Origin: Podarcis filfolensis
Lineage: Eukaryota
Direction: 5' to 3' (one strand)
Length of the DNA: 64,000 nucleotides
Assembly: GCA_964270895.1 (NCBI GenBank)
Contig: OZ185439.1
Made by a program: the position numbers and the translations under genes
In this document: piece after piece, positions 48,280 through 60,697 of the stretch
How the letters are laid out: the number at the start of each line of letters is the position of its first letter
Position numbering within the stretch: the first letter of the stretch is position 1
Notes under the pieces: model-generated
Told to the model about the DNA's origin: nothing
The model's input: only the letters and a program-made list of their open reading frames with translations
Database searches by the model: none

Positions 48280-49143
48280 GTTGAGAAATATGGATAATAG
48301 CTTCACCTGCCAATTCTGGGTATTCTTTACTAGCCAGAATCCAAAACTTTGGTAATATTAGCTGTTGAAATTGCACTTTCAAGATTGTGTCAGAAGATTG
48401 CTCAAGGAATTGTTTCTGCAACTCATACCTAAATTCCAGTGACTCTGTGTCCACAGTGAATGGCAAATATAGACACTGCATACATTCACACAAATTTTGG
48501 GGGAACTGATTGTTCAAATAACGTCTTGTTTTGTGAAATTTTGCTTCTGTTTGATAGCCCTCAAGATCGTATAACAGTAGTTAGTTGCCAAGATTCTGAC
48601 AACTGGATGCTTTTGTATCCAGAGACAAGAATGCAGTCTATGCATCAGTTTATACTACATGAAAGATACCGTGTGGCTAGAGGGAAGATGTGAAAATATG
48701 TATATAAAAAATCACAAACTCCATTTGTTAATTTTTGGACAAATTGCATTCTGTATTCATACAAAAACAACTCAACTTTTTCCTGACAACTGTACATATA
48801 GAAACAAGTTCTTCTGGACATGAACTGAAATCTGTGGAGGTGCTCCATGTCTCACAACACTAAAAAAACATCCAGCTTTTATCTTCAAAAATCAATGCAA
48901 GAAATATGGAAGTGATGAGGGACTGGGATGGCAAGGAGAATGAAACAAAGGTAGTTGTGATGGCATTACTAGCTGGCATTTAATCTTTGAATAGACCTTC
49001 TTAGGAACTAATGCACATTCATTTATCTCCATTCATAGAGTCCAGGTTTGTGGGATTGCAGAATTACTTTCTCAATGATTCTGCAATAGGTGTATTTAAA
49101 TACTGTCCTAGAAAGACTGGGACTTGCCCAGTCATAACCTCTT

Positions 49144-49370
49144 CTATCGACCCCTTCCGCCACCTCGAGAACCTCCTCGCCTTGACTGGTTTGAGTTCAT
49201 GTTACTTCCTCTTCCCCAATTACTCCCACTCCTCCCTCGGGAAGGGTTATTGCCTCCTGGAGGTCCTCCAAAGGGTTCTTCTCTATGATATCCATCATGG
49301 TGTTCTCCATCCAAAGAGCTGGATCTCCCAGATTTTGACATTCTCTGTGAAGGTCCTGACTTCCCACGCC
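49144..49370 (-). CDS. WDR33: WDR33 last coding exon (RGKSGPSQRMSKSGRSSSLDGEHHDGY...RGGGRGR*)
   Basis: Acceptor ttccag, TAG at 49146-49144; 227 nt. Confidence 0.94.
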
Positions 49371-49666
49371 CTGGAATAAAAATATTGCAAACTAAAATAA
49401 GAAAATGCACTAGTTTGTTTGCTTTCCAGTCATGCAATACAGAAGATCAAAGTATGGTGTCTCAGTTTCCTGCCTCCTGTTCCACTGCAGAAACAGTGCA
49501 GAGTTAAAGATAATTGGTAGGGAAAATTAGCACTGCGTATAGGAATTTTGATATCAATGCAGTAAAAAATAAAATAAATCAACATTTTCCAAATTGATAT
49601 TTCCATTAATATTTGAAATTAAAATTTCTAAAGACAATTCTCTAATCTCAAAGAGTTATGTTTTAC

Positions 49667-49852
49667 CCTTTCCCCTCTCTTCTGGAGGCCCGCCTTGAAT
49701 TTCCATTTCTCTATGGTCAGAGGTTCCTGGTCCATCATGCCAAGGACGCTTGCGAGGTGGCAGTGATGCCATGTCCATTCCCTGGATTGAGGAAGAACGT
49801 TCTCGACTTGCTGGAGAATGACCATCATGAGGTGGATGATCCTGGCGGGGAC
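49667..49852 (-). CDS. WDR33: WDR33 exon (PRQDHPPHDGHSPASRERSSSIQGMDMASLPPRKRPWHDG...ERGK)
   Basis: Acceptor ggttag after a poly-C tract, donor gtaaaa; 186 nt. Confidence 0.92.
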
Positions 49853-50906
49853 CTAACCATGATGGGGGGGGGGGGAAATCAAGAGAGACAAATGTTGGTA
49901 TAGTGCAGCAAGGAATCTCTTCTTGGAACCCCTTCCAGCATTATCTTTTGTAAATATTACAACGAAATAAATGTTTTGTAGCATCCAATTTACCTCAGGA
50001 AGATAGCTCATTGTCTTTTCTTAGTTAAGCACACAAATAATTCCTGTTCCACTATCTCTGATGGTGAAGGTTCTACCCCCTTTCCACCCCAGGCGAGCTG
50101 CTGTAGAGATTGTACTTTCTGCTTTCGTTAGACAGAGAAGGGATAGAGATTGATAGGGAAACAGGCAATGGACATATTTCTTGTGAGAAAGGAACAAGAA
50201 CAGTGCTTGCAGAAAAATCACCAAGCTCTTGGTGCTACTGAAGGAGACTGGGGGAGTAGATTATGGTAAAAATGTGGCTTTCTATGGTTCATGAGTACCT
50301 CTTTCCACCCCTCCCTTATCAAAAACTTCAAGCAGCAGAGCTCATTCTTCCTCTACAGGAACCCCCTCTGCATTTGCTTGCTGGGCACTGAGAAGGGAAA
50401 CCTCTTTTGCAGCATCCAACAAGGATGGGAAAGCAACTTTGTCTCATTACCGATTATCTGAACTGTACAGGCCTGCCCCAAAGTCCATTATATTAAGGAA
50501 AAATGTGTCTCTCTGAAATAATCTGCCTTCTCTGTAAAAACGGGATACGTTTCTGCAATCTGTTGCTGATTAACTTCTTATGTATGAGGTTTGGTTGAAA
50601 TTTGTGTGCCAGATTCAGCTAGAGTGCTAAATATTTCCCACCCCTTACCCCAACAGGGAACTGAAGGGGGTTGCTGGAGAAACTTTTTGGAGAAATCTAA
50701 AACAGATTGAGGACTATTGGATCATGATAGGAAAATCCAGGCCAGTTTTAATCTATAGTTCCATGTATCTGTATCTGTATCTATCTAGGAATTAAAAACA
50801 GTAAGAAAGATCATATGGTAGCCTATTCAGCTTTCCTCCCATTTTGTAATACAGTATTCAGATAAATGCTAATATAAAATCTGGCGAAGTGCTTCTATAT
50901 TTTCAC

Positions 50907-50987
50907 CTGGTTCTCGATTTCCATCCATACGGCCTCCTTCAAAGTGAGGAAATTCATCTGGCGTTGGAAGCAGACCTTTCCGTCCCC
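50907..50987 (-). CDS. WDR33: WDR33 exon (GRKGLLPTPDEFPHFEGGRMDGNREP)
   Basis: Acceptor atacag, donor gtgaaa; 81 nt. Confidence 0.92.
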
Positions 50988-51101
50988 CTGTATAATGAAT
51001 GGACAAAGGATGCAAAGAAGTTGAAAGAGCAATTATAAAAATTCTAACTGCACCAATACATTCCTCAGCTGAGTATAAATTATCCACCAAAGCTCTCTTA
51101 C

Positions 51102-51268
51102 CTCTAGCAGCACCCCGACCTCGCCCCCGGCCACCATGATCTCTTCCTCTTGCGTTATCCTCTGAGGAGTCAAACTTTTCTTCTGGCACAAAGTCGTCAG
51201 GCCCAGAAAAGCTGTCCCTTCCCCTGGATCCCCGGCCCTCATGTCTTGAGGGTGTTCCTCTCCTATAG
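51102..51268 (-). CDS. WDR33: WDR33 exon (YRRGTPSRHEGRGSRGRD...RGRGAAR)
   Basis: Acceptor gttcag, donor gtaag; 167 nt. Confidence 0.92.
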
Positions 51269-51488
51269 CTGAACCAAAGAAATATAAAGTAGCATAAGAA
51301 TATACTTGAAGCTATATAGCTCCATGCTGAAAAATTCCATTGTCTACTCAGAAATTCCAACTACTTAAAAAAATGCCCAATTTCTCCGCATTGCTGGAAT
51401 GGGATTGTATTATTAAAAAAACTTCATTTACTTTGTACCTTTGCCAGGAATCAGAAACTAAAGTTTTCAACCAGTTGAATATTATTTA

Positions 51489-52943
51489 CCGTATTTTTCC
51501 CTCTATTACACGCAGATTTTTTCTCCTAAAAAGTAAGGGGAAATGTCTGTGCGTGTTATAGAGCGAATGTGTGGTCCCTGGAGCTGACAAGCGTGAGTGA
51601 AGGCAAAAATCAGGCAAATATCAAATCGTCCGGAGAAGGGAGGAAAGAGGAAGCTGCTGCTTTCCTGCATTCTGCCTCAGGGTCTTACTGCCCACCCGCT
51701 TCTGTTTCCTTACTGTGTTTGCTCAGACGGAACAAAGAGCAGAGAAAACCCCTCCCCTCCAGGCAAGCAGAGTGGAAAACAGATTCCTCTCCGTGCGTCT
51801 GGGACTCGAAGGCAACATGCAGGTTGGGGGGGGGGGAGAGAGAGAGAGAGCGGGCTGGCTTGTGGGGGGGGGGGGACTTTTGCCTTCCTTTCCTCCCTCC
51901 GGTAAAACCCCTCTCCTGCATTCTTAGCCAGCTGCTTCTCTGCACACCCCTCTCCTTGTCGCTTCTATGTTTTTCCTTCCCTCCCTACTTAAAACGTGGT
52001 TCCAATCACGGATCCACATGGATCCTCAGGATCTTTGCATTTAGTCACCCCAAATTCATCATCAGATCACATAGCAATGATCTGATGCAAAAACAGGGCT
52101 GCAATGCTGCAAAAACATGGTTACAAAGCACGGATCCACATGGATCCTCAGGATTTTTGCATTGGGTCACCCCAAATTCACCATCAGATCACATAGCATG
52201 TCCATGGCTACAGCCTGCACCAAAAAAATCACGCACCCACTGTTTCCTGGGGCTGCAATGGTGCAAAAACATGGTTACAAAGCACGGATCCACATGGATC
52301 CTCAGGATCTTTGCATTGGGTCACCCCAAATTCACCATCAGATCACATAGCATGTCCATGGCTACAGCCTGCACCAAAAAAATCACGCACCCACTGTTTC
52401 CTGGGGCTGCAATGGTGCAAAAACATGGTTACAAAGCACGGATCCACATGGATCCTCAGGATCTTTGCATTGGGTCACCCCAAATTCACCATCAGATCAC
52501 ATAGCATGTCCATGGCTACAGCCTGCACCAAAAAAATCATGCACCCACTGTTTCCTGGGGCTGCAATGGTGCAAAAACGTGGTTACAAAGCATGGATCCA
52601 CATGGATCCTCAGGATCTTTGCATTGGGTCACCCCAAATTCACCATCAGATCACATAGCATGTCCATGGCTACAGCCTGCACCAAAAAAATCACGCACCC
52701 ACTGTTGCCTGGGGCTGCAATGGTGCAAAAACGTGGTTACAAAGCATGGATCCACATGGATCCTCAGGATCTTTGCATTGGGCTACCCCAAACTCACCGT
52801 CAAATCACATGTCTGTGGCCGCAGCATGAAGCACAAAAATGATACATCCACTGTTTCATTCAGAATTTTTTTTTCTTGTTTTCCTCCTCTAAAAACTATG
52901 TGCGTGTTATGGTCAGGTGCGTGTTATCGAGCGAAAAATACGG
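51489..52943. mobile_element. Non-autonomous Tc1/mariner-pogo (Tc2-like) DNA transposon, 1455 bp, carrying a tandem array
   Basis: TIRs ccgtatttttc(c/g)ctc(t/g)at(t/a)acacgc at both ends, TA on both sides, repeated subterminal gcgtgttat motifs; no transposase ORF. Confidence 0.85.
51991..52810. repeat. 154-bp tandem repeat array (about 5.3 units; first unit 122 bp)
   Basis: The base preceding the GGATCCACATGGATCC core falls at 52009, 52131, 52285, 52439, 52593 and 52747 (spacing 122, 154, 154, 154, 154). Confidence 0.95.
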
Positions 52944-53100
52944 TAGTTAGCTGTCTGGTTTCCAATTGTTTAATCAGTCAAATTTAAATACATGTTATGT
53001 TGTAGGAAAGTCATTATCAATAAAAGCGGCTTTTCAATAATTCTAATTAAATGTTCCATTGATTATACCCAAGCCTCTTGCTACTCACTCCTAAAGAGCA

Positions 53101-53947
53101 CTCATTAATAGTTCCTCATCATCCTGAAAAAAGTGACAAGTGGGGTGCTGCAAGGTTCTGTCCTGGGCCCGTTATCGTTCAGCATCTTTATAGACAACTT
53201 AGATGAAGGGATTGAGGGGATACTCATCAAATTTTCAGATGGCACCAAACTGGGAGAGGTAGCTAACGCCACAGAAGACAGAATCACAATTCAAAATGAC
53301 TTTAACAGATTGGAGAACTCGGCACAAGGTAACAAAATGAATTTCAATAGGGACAAATGTAATGTTTTGCACTTAGGCAGGAAGAACCAGATGCACAAAT
53401 ATAGGATGCGGGACACCTGGCTTACTAGCAGTACAAGTGAAAAGGATCTAGGGGTCTTGGTGGACCACAAGCATAACATGAGTCAACAGTGTGATGCAGC
53501 AGCAAAAAAAGCTACTACTATTATAGGCTGCATCAACAGAAGTATAGTGTCCAGATAAAGGGAAGTAATATTACCACTCTATTCTGCCTTGGTCAGACCA
53601 CACCTGAAATACTGTGTCCAGTTCTGGGCACCCCAGTTTAAGAAAGATATTGACAAGCTGCAATGTGTGCAGAGGAGGACAACTAGGATGATCAGGGGTC
53701 TGGAAACCAAGTCTTATGAGGGCATTGGGTATGTTTAGCCTGAAAAAGGGAAGACTGAGATGAGAGGTGATAGCCATCTTCAAATATTTGAAGAGCTGTC
53801 ACATGGAAGATGGAGCAAGCTTGGTTTTTTGTGCAGAGGTTGGATGGCCATCTGTAATGGATGTTTTTGCTGAGATTCCTACAATAAAGGGGGGTTTGAC
53901 TAAATGACCCCCGGAATCCCTTCCAACTCTGCAATTGGATTCTATGA
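53101..53947 (+). mobile_element. CR1 LINE 3' fragment (degenerate RT C-terminus plus 3' UTR)
   Basis: ORF 53133-53558 TSGVLQGSVLGP...FSDGTKL...EKDLGVLVD; stops and frameshifts follow; ends ttccaactc...attctatga. Confidence 0.9.
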
Positions 53948-54168
53948 GTCCACTTGGCTGTGACTTAGTGCCCACTTTAGGAAAACTGAACTTTGTAGAA
54001 TGCCATTTTCATAATTTTATTAATAAATGATTTGATGAGTTCCTACAAACAGGATTTCCCCCCCCCCCATAAAATGTACAAATTCACTTAAATGAGGCTC
54101 ATTTCTTTTAACATGAAACCAGGAGATAACTGTTCATCATCGAATAATAAAAACTGTATGATTTTTAC

Positions 54169-54637
54169 CTTTCATCTCTTCTTCCTCGGTACCGTGCATC
54201 CTCAGGCTCATGAGGAAATCTCTCGTCTGAAGGTCTCCGTCCCTCCCAAGGCCCAGGAGGTCCACGGTTTGGACCTCTGCTATCTCCCTCATTGAATTCT
54301 CTGTGGTCCGGGGGGAAAGGTGGGCCTGGACCACCTCGTCTCCACTTCTCTTCTTGGGGTGGGCCTCCCCGTCCCTCAAATTCACGTAAGCGATGCCCAA
54401 ATCGCTTGTCTGGATGGAAGTCTTCACGAAATTCATCTGGTCGATCAAAGTCATCATGGAACTCTGGATGAGGTCCTCTTCTGTCTGGCATGCCCCTATT
54501 TTCTCTACCATCACCCCAATCTTGGCCACCTCGGAAGGGGCCCCTCTCAGGGCCATGATCAGGACCACCACTGTTCTGGTCATGCCGCCTTTCTGAGAGA
54601 GGGCCCATGTGATGGTTTGGCGGCCCACGAGAATCAC
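54169..54637 (-). CDS. WDR33: WDR33 exon (DSRGPPNHHMGPLSERRHDQ...YRGRRDE)
   Basis: Acceptor cttaag, donor gtaaaa; 469 nt. Confidence 0.93.
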
Positions 54638-54871
54638 CTTAAGATAAAGGAAATATGTGTGAGTGCTTTGTAACAAAATATTAATAATATAAAAGGTATA
54701 ACTGAATGTACTTCGTAAGTGCAGACAATGAAGTTACAACTATCAGCAAAGTATTCTTATAAAACTTTTACCTGTTTTAATGGTGCACATATTATATTAT
54801 ATACTAGCATATTATATATTAGTATATGAGTGCTGTTTGTCGCACTGGTCCCTACTGTGCCAAAAGGCAAT

Positions 54872-55128
54872 GATTTATTCATTCATGCATGCATGCATGC
54901 ATGCATGCATGCATATATACATACATACATACATACCCTGCCCATCTGGCTGGGTTTCCCCAGCCACTCTGGGCGGCTCCCAACAGAACATTAAAAACAC
55001 AATAAAAGATCAAACATTAAAAACTTCCCTAAACAGGGCTGCTGTCAGATGTCTTCTAAAATTCAGATAGGTGTTTACTTCCTTGACATCTGATGGGAGG
55101 GCGTTCCACAGGGCGGGCGCCACTACTA
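54872..55128 (-). mobile_element. L2-type LINE 3' fragment with tail converted to (ATGC)n/(ATAC)n
   Basis: cccagccactctgggcggctcccaaca...gggagggcgttccacagggcgggcgccactac, adjoining the tetranucleotide tail. Confidence 0.65.
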
Positions 55129-55581
55129 ATCATTTAATTTTGTAAATTTGTACCCTAATTTTCAACTTAAAGGTTCACAGAGCACCTTAAACTATTCCAC
55201 TAAAATGTAACAATAAAAAAAATCACAAAATGAAATCCTTCAACCATAAAATATAAACCTAAAACCAGTATACATTATACTACAACCCAACAAAGAGCAC
55301 AATTTCTCCTAAATCAGCACCACCCACTGCTCCAGACCTGAAGAAACAAGGAAATATTCACCTATGCCAGAAAACCATTAGGGTAGAGAATGAACATATT
55401 TACAGGGGGAGAGAATTCCAGACCCAGCGTATCATAAGAGAAAATAAAGACACATGTTGCCTGACTTAGTCTATGGATTAAAGACCCAAAGAACTATAAA
55501 GCACTGAATTGTGCTAAAGCTTGCTTTGCAATAATAGTGAGCTTATGCCATTTGTTCTAAAGGAAAAGTGAATTTAATTAC

Positions 55582-55684
55582 CTTTATTAGGACCAGGTCC
55601 TTGGTTGTGAGGGCCATGGCGGCCTGGGCCTCCATGCTGTCCCAGTCCTGGTATCAATGGTGGGGGACCTGGATTCTGTCCTTC
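55582..55684 (-). CDS. WDR33: WDR33 exon (EGQNPGPPPLIPGLGQHGGPGRHGPHNQGPGPNK)
   Basis: Acceptor ttgcag, donor gtaatt; 103 nt. Confidence 0.92.
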
Positions 55685-55790
55685 CTGCAAGAAAGAAAAA
55701 CTAGGAATTAATGAATCATGGAAAGAACAGAATAGAGCAAAGCAGAGCAGAACAGAAATCCCTTGTGTCTACTAGGTAAAACAGGCAATA

Positions 55791-56016
55791 CAGTGGTACC
55801 TCGGGTTACATACACTTCAGTTTACAGACTCTGCTAACCCAGAAATAGTGTTTAAGGTTAAGAACTTTGCTTCAGGATGAGAACAGAAACCGGGCTCCGG
55901 CGGCGCAGCAGCCGCAGGAGGCCCCATTAGCGAAAGTGGTGCTTCAGGTTAAGAACAGTTTCAGGTTAAGTACGGACCTCCGGAACGAATTAAGTACTTA
56001 ACCCGAGGTACCACTG
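55791..56016. mobile_element. Tc1/mariner-type MITE, family A copy 3 (opposite orientation)
   Basis: cagtggtacctcgggtta ... taacccgaggtaccactg, TA TSD. Confidence 0.9.
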
Positions 56017-57768
56017 TATATGGTTCTCATCCTCTAATTATGAGGCGGAAGTGGGGCCAGCAACCCAGATCCTGAACTCTCCCACCCCCTGCAAGCCATT
56101 TTGACTGGCCATCTGTCAATCACCTGTTACCAGGACATGAGATGACCCATTTTTCCTTTATAACCTTGCTTGAACTCAAGTCCAGCTACAAAGGAGGTTT
56201 CTATGTAAGTGTAAGTTGGGTTCCTACTATGCCATCAAAAAAAAAATGCAGCAGGGTTTAAAGTCACCACTGATCAGCTGACTGATGGCAACTTTCAGTA
56301 GGGATTGGTTCTACTGTATTTAGGAGTTCCCAACTGATCTAAAATATCAGGTGTGGGGCAGGTTGGCATGGCTTGGAGAACACAGAACTCTTGATGGGCC
56401 TAATTTGGCTTGAGGGCTGGAGGCTTTCCATGCCTGCTCTAAGGGTAAATCCAAACAACATTAAAATGGAATTCTCTCCCAGTTTTGGAATAACTTCAGC
56501 TAGAAACATCTAATAGAGCAGAACAAAACAAAACAAAAAAACGACGAACTGTGGAATCAGGCTACACTGGACAAAAAAAGATAAGTAGGACAAATGAAGT
56601 CAAAATCAAAGAAACATTTAGGTTTTATTGCAGCCTACTCTAGCAATTACCATGTGGATAAGATCCCACCAAAAAACATTCCTGTATAAGTCTGCATTCT
56701 TTACCACCTACTAAGAGCAAAAGGGTGTTCCTTGACTTCAGTGATTGTACAGAAGAGGAATTTTGGGCAGGTGCAGCTTTCCTCAGCCCTTAATAACAAA
56801 TTGCCCTGCTAGAACTCCCTCTTCTACATACCTTTTAAAAGTATGTAAGCTTTTTTATTTTTAATCATTGGCATCCGTCACCCTATAAACAAACTCATAG
56901 ACTATAGATTTAGGAATTTACAAAAATATATTTGCCAATAGGGGAGTGAGTGTTCATAAGAGAACATTCACACAACTCAGGTGATGTAGTTCAACTCAGA
57001 TATAACAGTGCAGATAGAGTAATATATGAGATTCCCCTCCTCTTTTCACTTCTATCAGCCCATCCCCCCATAACACAAAAATATTTCATTCCAGAGACCT
57101 AAGGAATCAGAGACCTTCTCATACTGCATCAAATACTGAAAAAATCAACCATGGCTTATAAAGAGGCAAAGGCAGTTGCTGTTGAAAAGGTGTTTTGTCA
57201 GCCCAGGTGGGCATGTGTCACCCTATGACACTCTGGGTTGTGGTCATCAATAAGACCTGCTTCGGGGGGGTGGGATCTGATGAATATTAAAAAAACATTA
57301 TTGAATCTCCTGATACACTGGCTATTTTGTACTGCAACTTGCTTGAGATATCTGTGAACCCCATTTTCATAACAGTCTGCTGGAACTATGAAAATAATAA
57401 GGTGACGTGCAATTTTGGTATCTCACTCCTGCTGACATAAATTGGTTGGGAGACTGCAGGGAGGAAGGGGAATTCAGTCATATTCGCTGGTGCAACGCTG
57501 GATTTCACCCATATTCTGAGATTACAAAAAAACAAACAAACAACAAACAAAAAACAAAAAAACCCCAGCATGTGTGTCCCAAAATCCATCTAATTTCATT
57601 TACACTAGGGTTATAACAACAGTCAGTTTTGTTCTTAAAAGAGTTTTACACCACTGAAATCACTGCTCTGCCTGATCATTTTATTATGCTATTAACAGCA
57701 ATTTATTATGGTATTAATTTCTTCCTGACCAGACCTCTTCTCATGAAGAGTATCCTTCCCAGACATAC

Positions 57769-58779
57769 CTGATTGAATGGGGCCCGAGGACCGTCACCAA
57801 GCAAGGGAGTTTTCTGCTGCTGAAAGGGTGGAGGGCCCTGGGAAGGATGTGGCCCCCTTGAAGGGTTCTGCTGTCCTTGAGGCCCTGGTGGCCCTTGCAT
57901 GTTTCCTTGAGGCCCTACCATAGCACCTTGCGGAGGTCCCTGCTGTCCTTGTGCACCTGGTGGCCCACGCAATTCTTGCGGAGGTCCCATCATTGAACCC
58001 TGAGGTGGAGGACCCCTCATCTCCTGGGGACCATGCCCCAGTAAACCATGCGGCCCTCTCATTTCTTGAGGTGGATGGCCCATCATCATTCCCTGTGGTC
58101 CAGGACCCTGGTTCTCCCTTGGTCCTGGAGGTCCCTGCATGCCTCTTGGGTTAAGTCCCATCAAGGGCCCTTGAGATACAGGACCCTGTATCCCTTGAGC
58201 TCCTTGCACTCCATGAGGTCCTTGCATTCCTCTTGGCCCAGGTGGCCCTTGACCACCAGGTGGCCCTTGAGGACCTAAGTGGGTCTGTGGTGTTGGTGGA
58301 CCTTGTTGACCTAAATGAGCCTGTGGGCCTGGTGGGCCTAAGTGACCCTGAGGTCCAGAATTCGTCTGTGGACCAGGTGGCCCTCCAGGTGGAGGGCCCA
58401 TTTGTCCATGAGGGCCAGGATGTCTCTGCATTCCTTGATGCCCATGAAGTTCTTGAGGTCTTGGCAGTCCTTGTGGAGGTCCTTGAGGCCCAACAAATCC
58501 TTGTGGTCCACCACCTCCTTGGTGTAAAGGAGGACCTTGGGGTCCCATTTGTCCTTGAGGTCCTGGAGGTCTGAACTGGCCCTGTGGCCCAGGTGGTCCC
58601 ATCTGAGGCATATTCATTGGCATCTGCTGAGGTGGATGGGCTTGCTGAAAGCCTTGAGGCACCTGAGACATTGGACTTTGTCCTGGGAAATGTTGGGGTC
58701 CATGAACAGGTCCTCCTGGAGGTGGCTGCTGCTGACCTTGTTCTGCTTGCTTCTGTGCAAGCCTTTCAATCTTCAGTTG
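57769..58779 (-). CDS. WDR33: WDR33 large exon encoding the collagen-like GPQ/GPP low-complexity region
   Basis: Acceptor tttgcag, donor gtatg; 1011 nt (337 codons), QLKIERLAQKQ...RAPFNQ. Confidence 0.95.
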
Positions 58780-59670
58780 CTGCAAAAAAGAAGAAAATAA
58801 TTTACACAGCCACACAATTATGACGAACTATTGGAAACCAAAGGGCACTTTCTGCGTAGCTTGTTCCAATTAGTATTAAGCCATGGCTTGCTCAACAAAT
58901 GCTAAGCCTCACAGAAAAGTAAACATCCCTTGGCTTGTTTCTCCAATGCTTGATTTATTCTCTAGCTGCTCTTGCCTGTTGCCTCTGTAGCTTGGTGAGT
59001 GTCTGGAGTGGGGTGGCCACCCACAGTTAAGCAAGACTGTTGGGTTTGGAGATAATGCCGATCCAAGGATAAAATATGGCTAGACTTTCAAGCCAAATAC
59101 AAACCATGGCTGCCAACAGTAGTTTGTTACTGGAAAACAAACCATAATTATTCTCTGGGCTGAGTTCAGATGTTCAAACAAGCCACACTTTGGCTAAACA
59201 AACTATGGCTTATCATTATGTACTAACCAGGCAATTTTTAATTTTAATTATTGTTTCAACAAAAGCAAAATGAAGAATGTAGCTAGGAAGCAATAACTTC
59301 AAACAGAATGTTTACTTCAGCAGCATACACCACTTGATTAGACACTGGTCAGGAGCAAAAAACAAAACAAAAAGCCACTTTCTTCAGAGGGTTTTGTGGC
59401 AATCATTTATTAATTATTCTTATCCTTGCACACAGAGCAGATTATATGTGGTTCCCAGATAGCCTCTCATGCAAGCAGTACTCAAGGGAAGACCCACTTA
59501 CAGCATCATGTAACTTGGGACCATTCATTAAGCCAGAAAAGTTTATGTTACCCATAGCTGCAGTGATGTTGCAAATAGGGCCTATCAATATCCTCATTGG
59601 TTTCCTCTAATTTTTGGTGGGAGTAAGTGCATTTATGCAAACATTATCAGTGACCTGACTTTTCACATAC

Positions 59671-59823
59671 CTCTAGAAGCTGTGGGTTGGTGTACTGAAG
59701 TGCTGCCATTTCTTGCTCAATCTCTGCCTGTGACTTCTTCTTTTCCTCCAGTTTAAGATCTTCCTTTCGGTCATTCAGTGGCTCAGCTGGTGAAGGAATA
59801 GGAACTTTATTCTGCATCCAAGC
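59671..59823 (-). CDS. WDR33: WDR33 exon (AWMQNKVPIPSPAEPLNDRKEDLKLEEKKKSQAEIEQEMAALQYTNPQLLE)
   Basis: Acceptor attcag, donor gtatg; 153 nt. Confidence 0.94.
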
Positions 59824-60011
59824 CTGAATAGGATAATAAAGGTGTATGGTTACAGTGTTATTGAAACCTGTTGGATGAATCCATCCACAAGTGCATTTAC
59901 GCTGGAGACTTGATGAAAGTAGACTATGTCAACTGCACTATATTTTAGGCCCAGCTGCTGAAGTCAATCATCTATTTGCTCGTTTTAAGAATTCATCAAT
60001 GAGGACTTTGG

Positions 60012-60097
60012 ATTCTAATAGGTACTGACTGTGGAAATAAATAAAGATGTTTTGCATTCTAATAGGTGCTGATCGTGGAAATAAATAAAGAAGTTAC
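60012..60097. repeat. 44-bp tandem duplication
   Basis: attctaataggt(a/g)ctga..gtggaaataaataaaga starts at both 60012 and 60056. Confidence 0.85.
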
Positions 60098-60101
60098 TAA
60101 C

Positions 60102-60241
60102 CTGCTGAAACTGGGCTGGGATTGGTTTTGCGTAGGGGACCTTTTTTTGTGGTACTTTCTTTTGGTCCTTTTGCATCACCTCCTCCATTCCCCAGTCCAA
60201 TCCTGGGATAGTCATCTCAATTTCACTGGTCTCATCTTTCC
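60102..60241 (-). CDS. WDR33: WDR33 exon (KDETSEIEMTIPGLDWGMEEVMQKDQKKVPQKKVPYAKPIPAQFQQ)
   Basis: Acceptor attgaag, donor gttagt; 140 nt. Confidence 0.94.
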
Positions 60242-60610
60242 CTTCAATGAAAAGAATTGAATAGTGGTTTCTACACAGTATGATGAACAACTTATGTCTT
60301 CATAAATAAAGTCATCAGGAAACTTAATTTCATGTCCAGAGATGGGGGGGGAGGGGTTTTTGCAGAATCCTTTAGCTAATTTTAAATTTTTCTTGGCACA
60401 AAAGGATGCCAAAAAGGAACAGAAAAGAAGATCCAACCCATTTCTTTATGATTCATGCAAATTTTCAGAAAAGCAACACAATCCTATTTGGGATTCTCTT
60501 CCTATCAATTGGTATTTCTCTTGCTATTGGTTATTAGCAAGTCCCACTATGTTCAAGGAGTTACGCCAAGGAAAGTATCCATAATACGGCAGCCACAATT
60601 TCTCTCTTAC

Positions 60611-60697
60611 CCATCTGCTCTTGTTCCATGGCTAGTTTCAGCTGCTCAGGTATTCCCATCCCTGGAATCACTGCAAGACTATTGGGTTCTAGGTCAT
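60611..60697 (-). CDS. WDR33: WDR33 exon (DLEPNSLAVIPGMGIPEQLKLAMEQEQM)
   Basis: Acceptor tttccag, donor gtaag; 87 nt. Confidence 0.94.

Noticed and set aside
51991-52810. CRISPR-like array (repeated palindromic core)
   Set aside because: Whole 154-bp units repeat with no unique spacers, there are no cas genes, and the context is a vertebrate intron.
51569-52987. 311-aa and overlapping ORFs as a novel protein or transposase
   Set aside because: They are translations of the tandem repeat rotating through frames (154 is not a multiple of 3), with no DDE motifs or recognisable domain.
53133-53558. Functional reverse transcriptase
   Set aside because: 5'-truncated CR1; the catalytic YADD motif reads FSDG and stops follow.
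54137-54676. 179-aa and 117-aa ORFs overlapping the WDR33 exon
   Set aside because: Alternative-frame or antisense readings of the 54169-54637 exon.
57706-58823. Collagen gene, or real plus-strand ORFs
   Set aside because: The Gly-X-Y region is the known WDR33 low-complexity exon, in phase with its neighbours; the plus-strand ORFs are antisense shadows.
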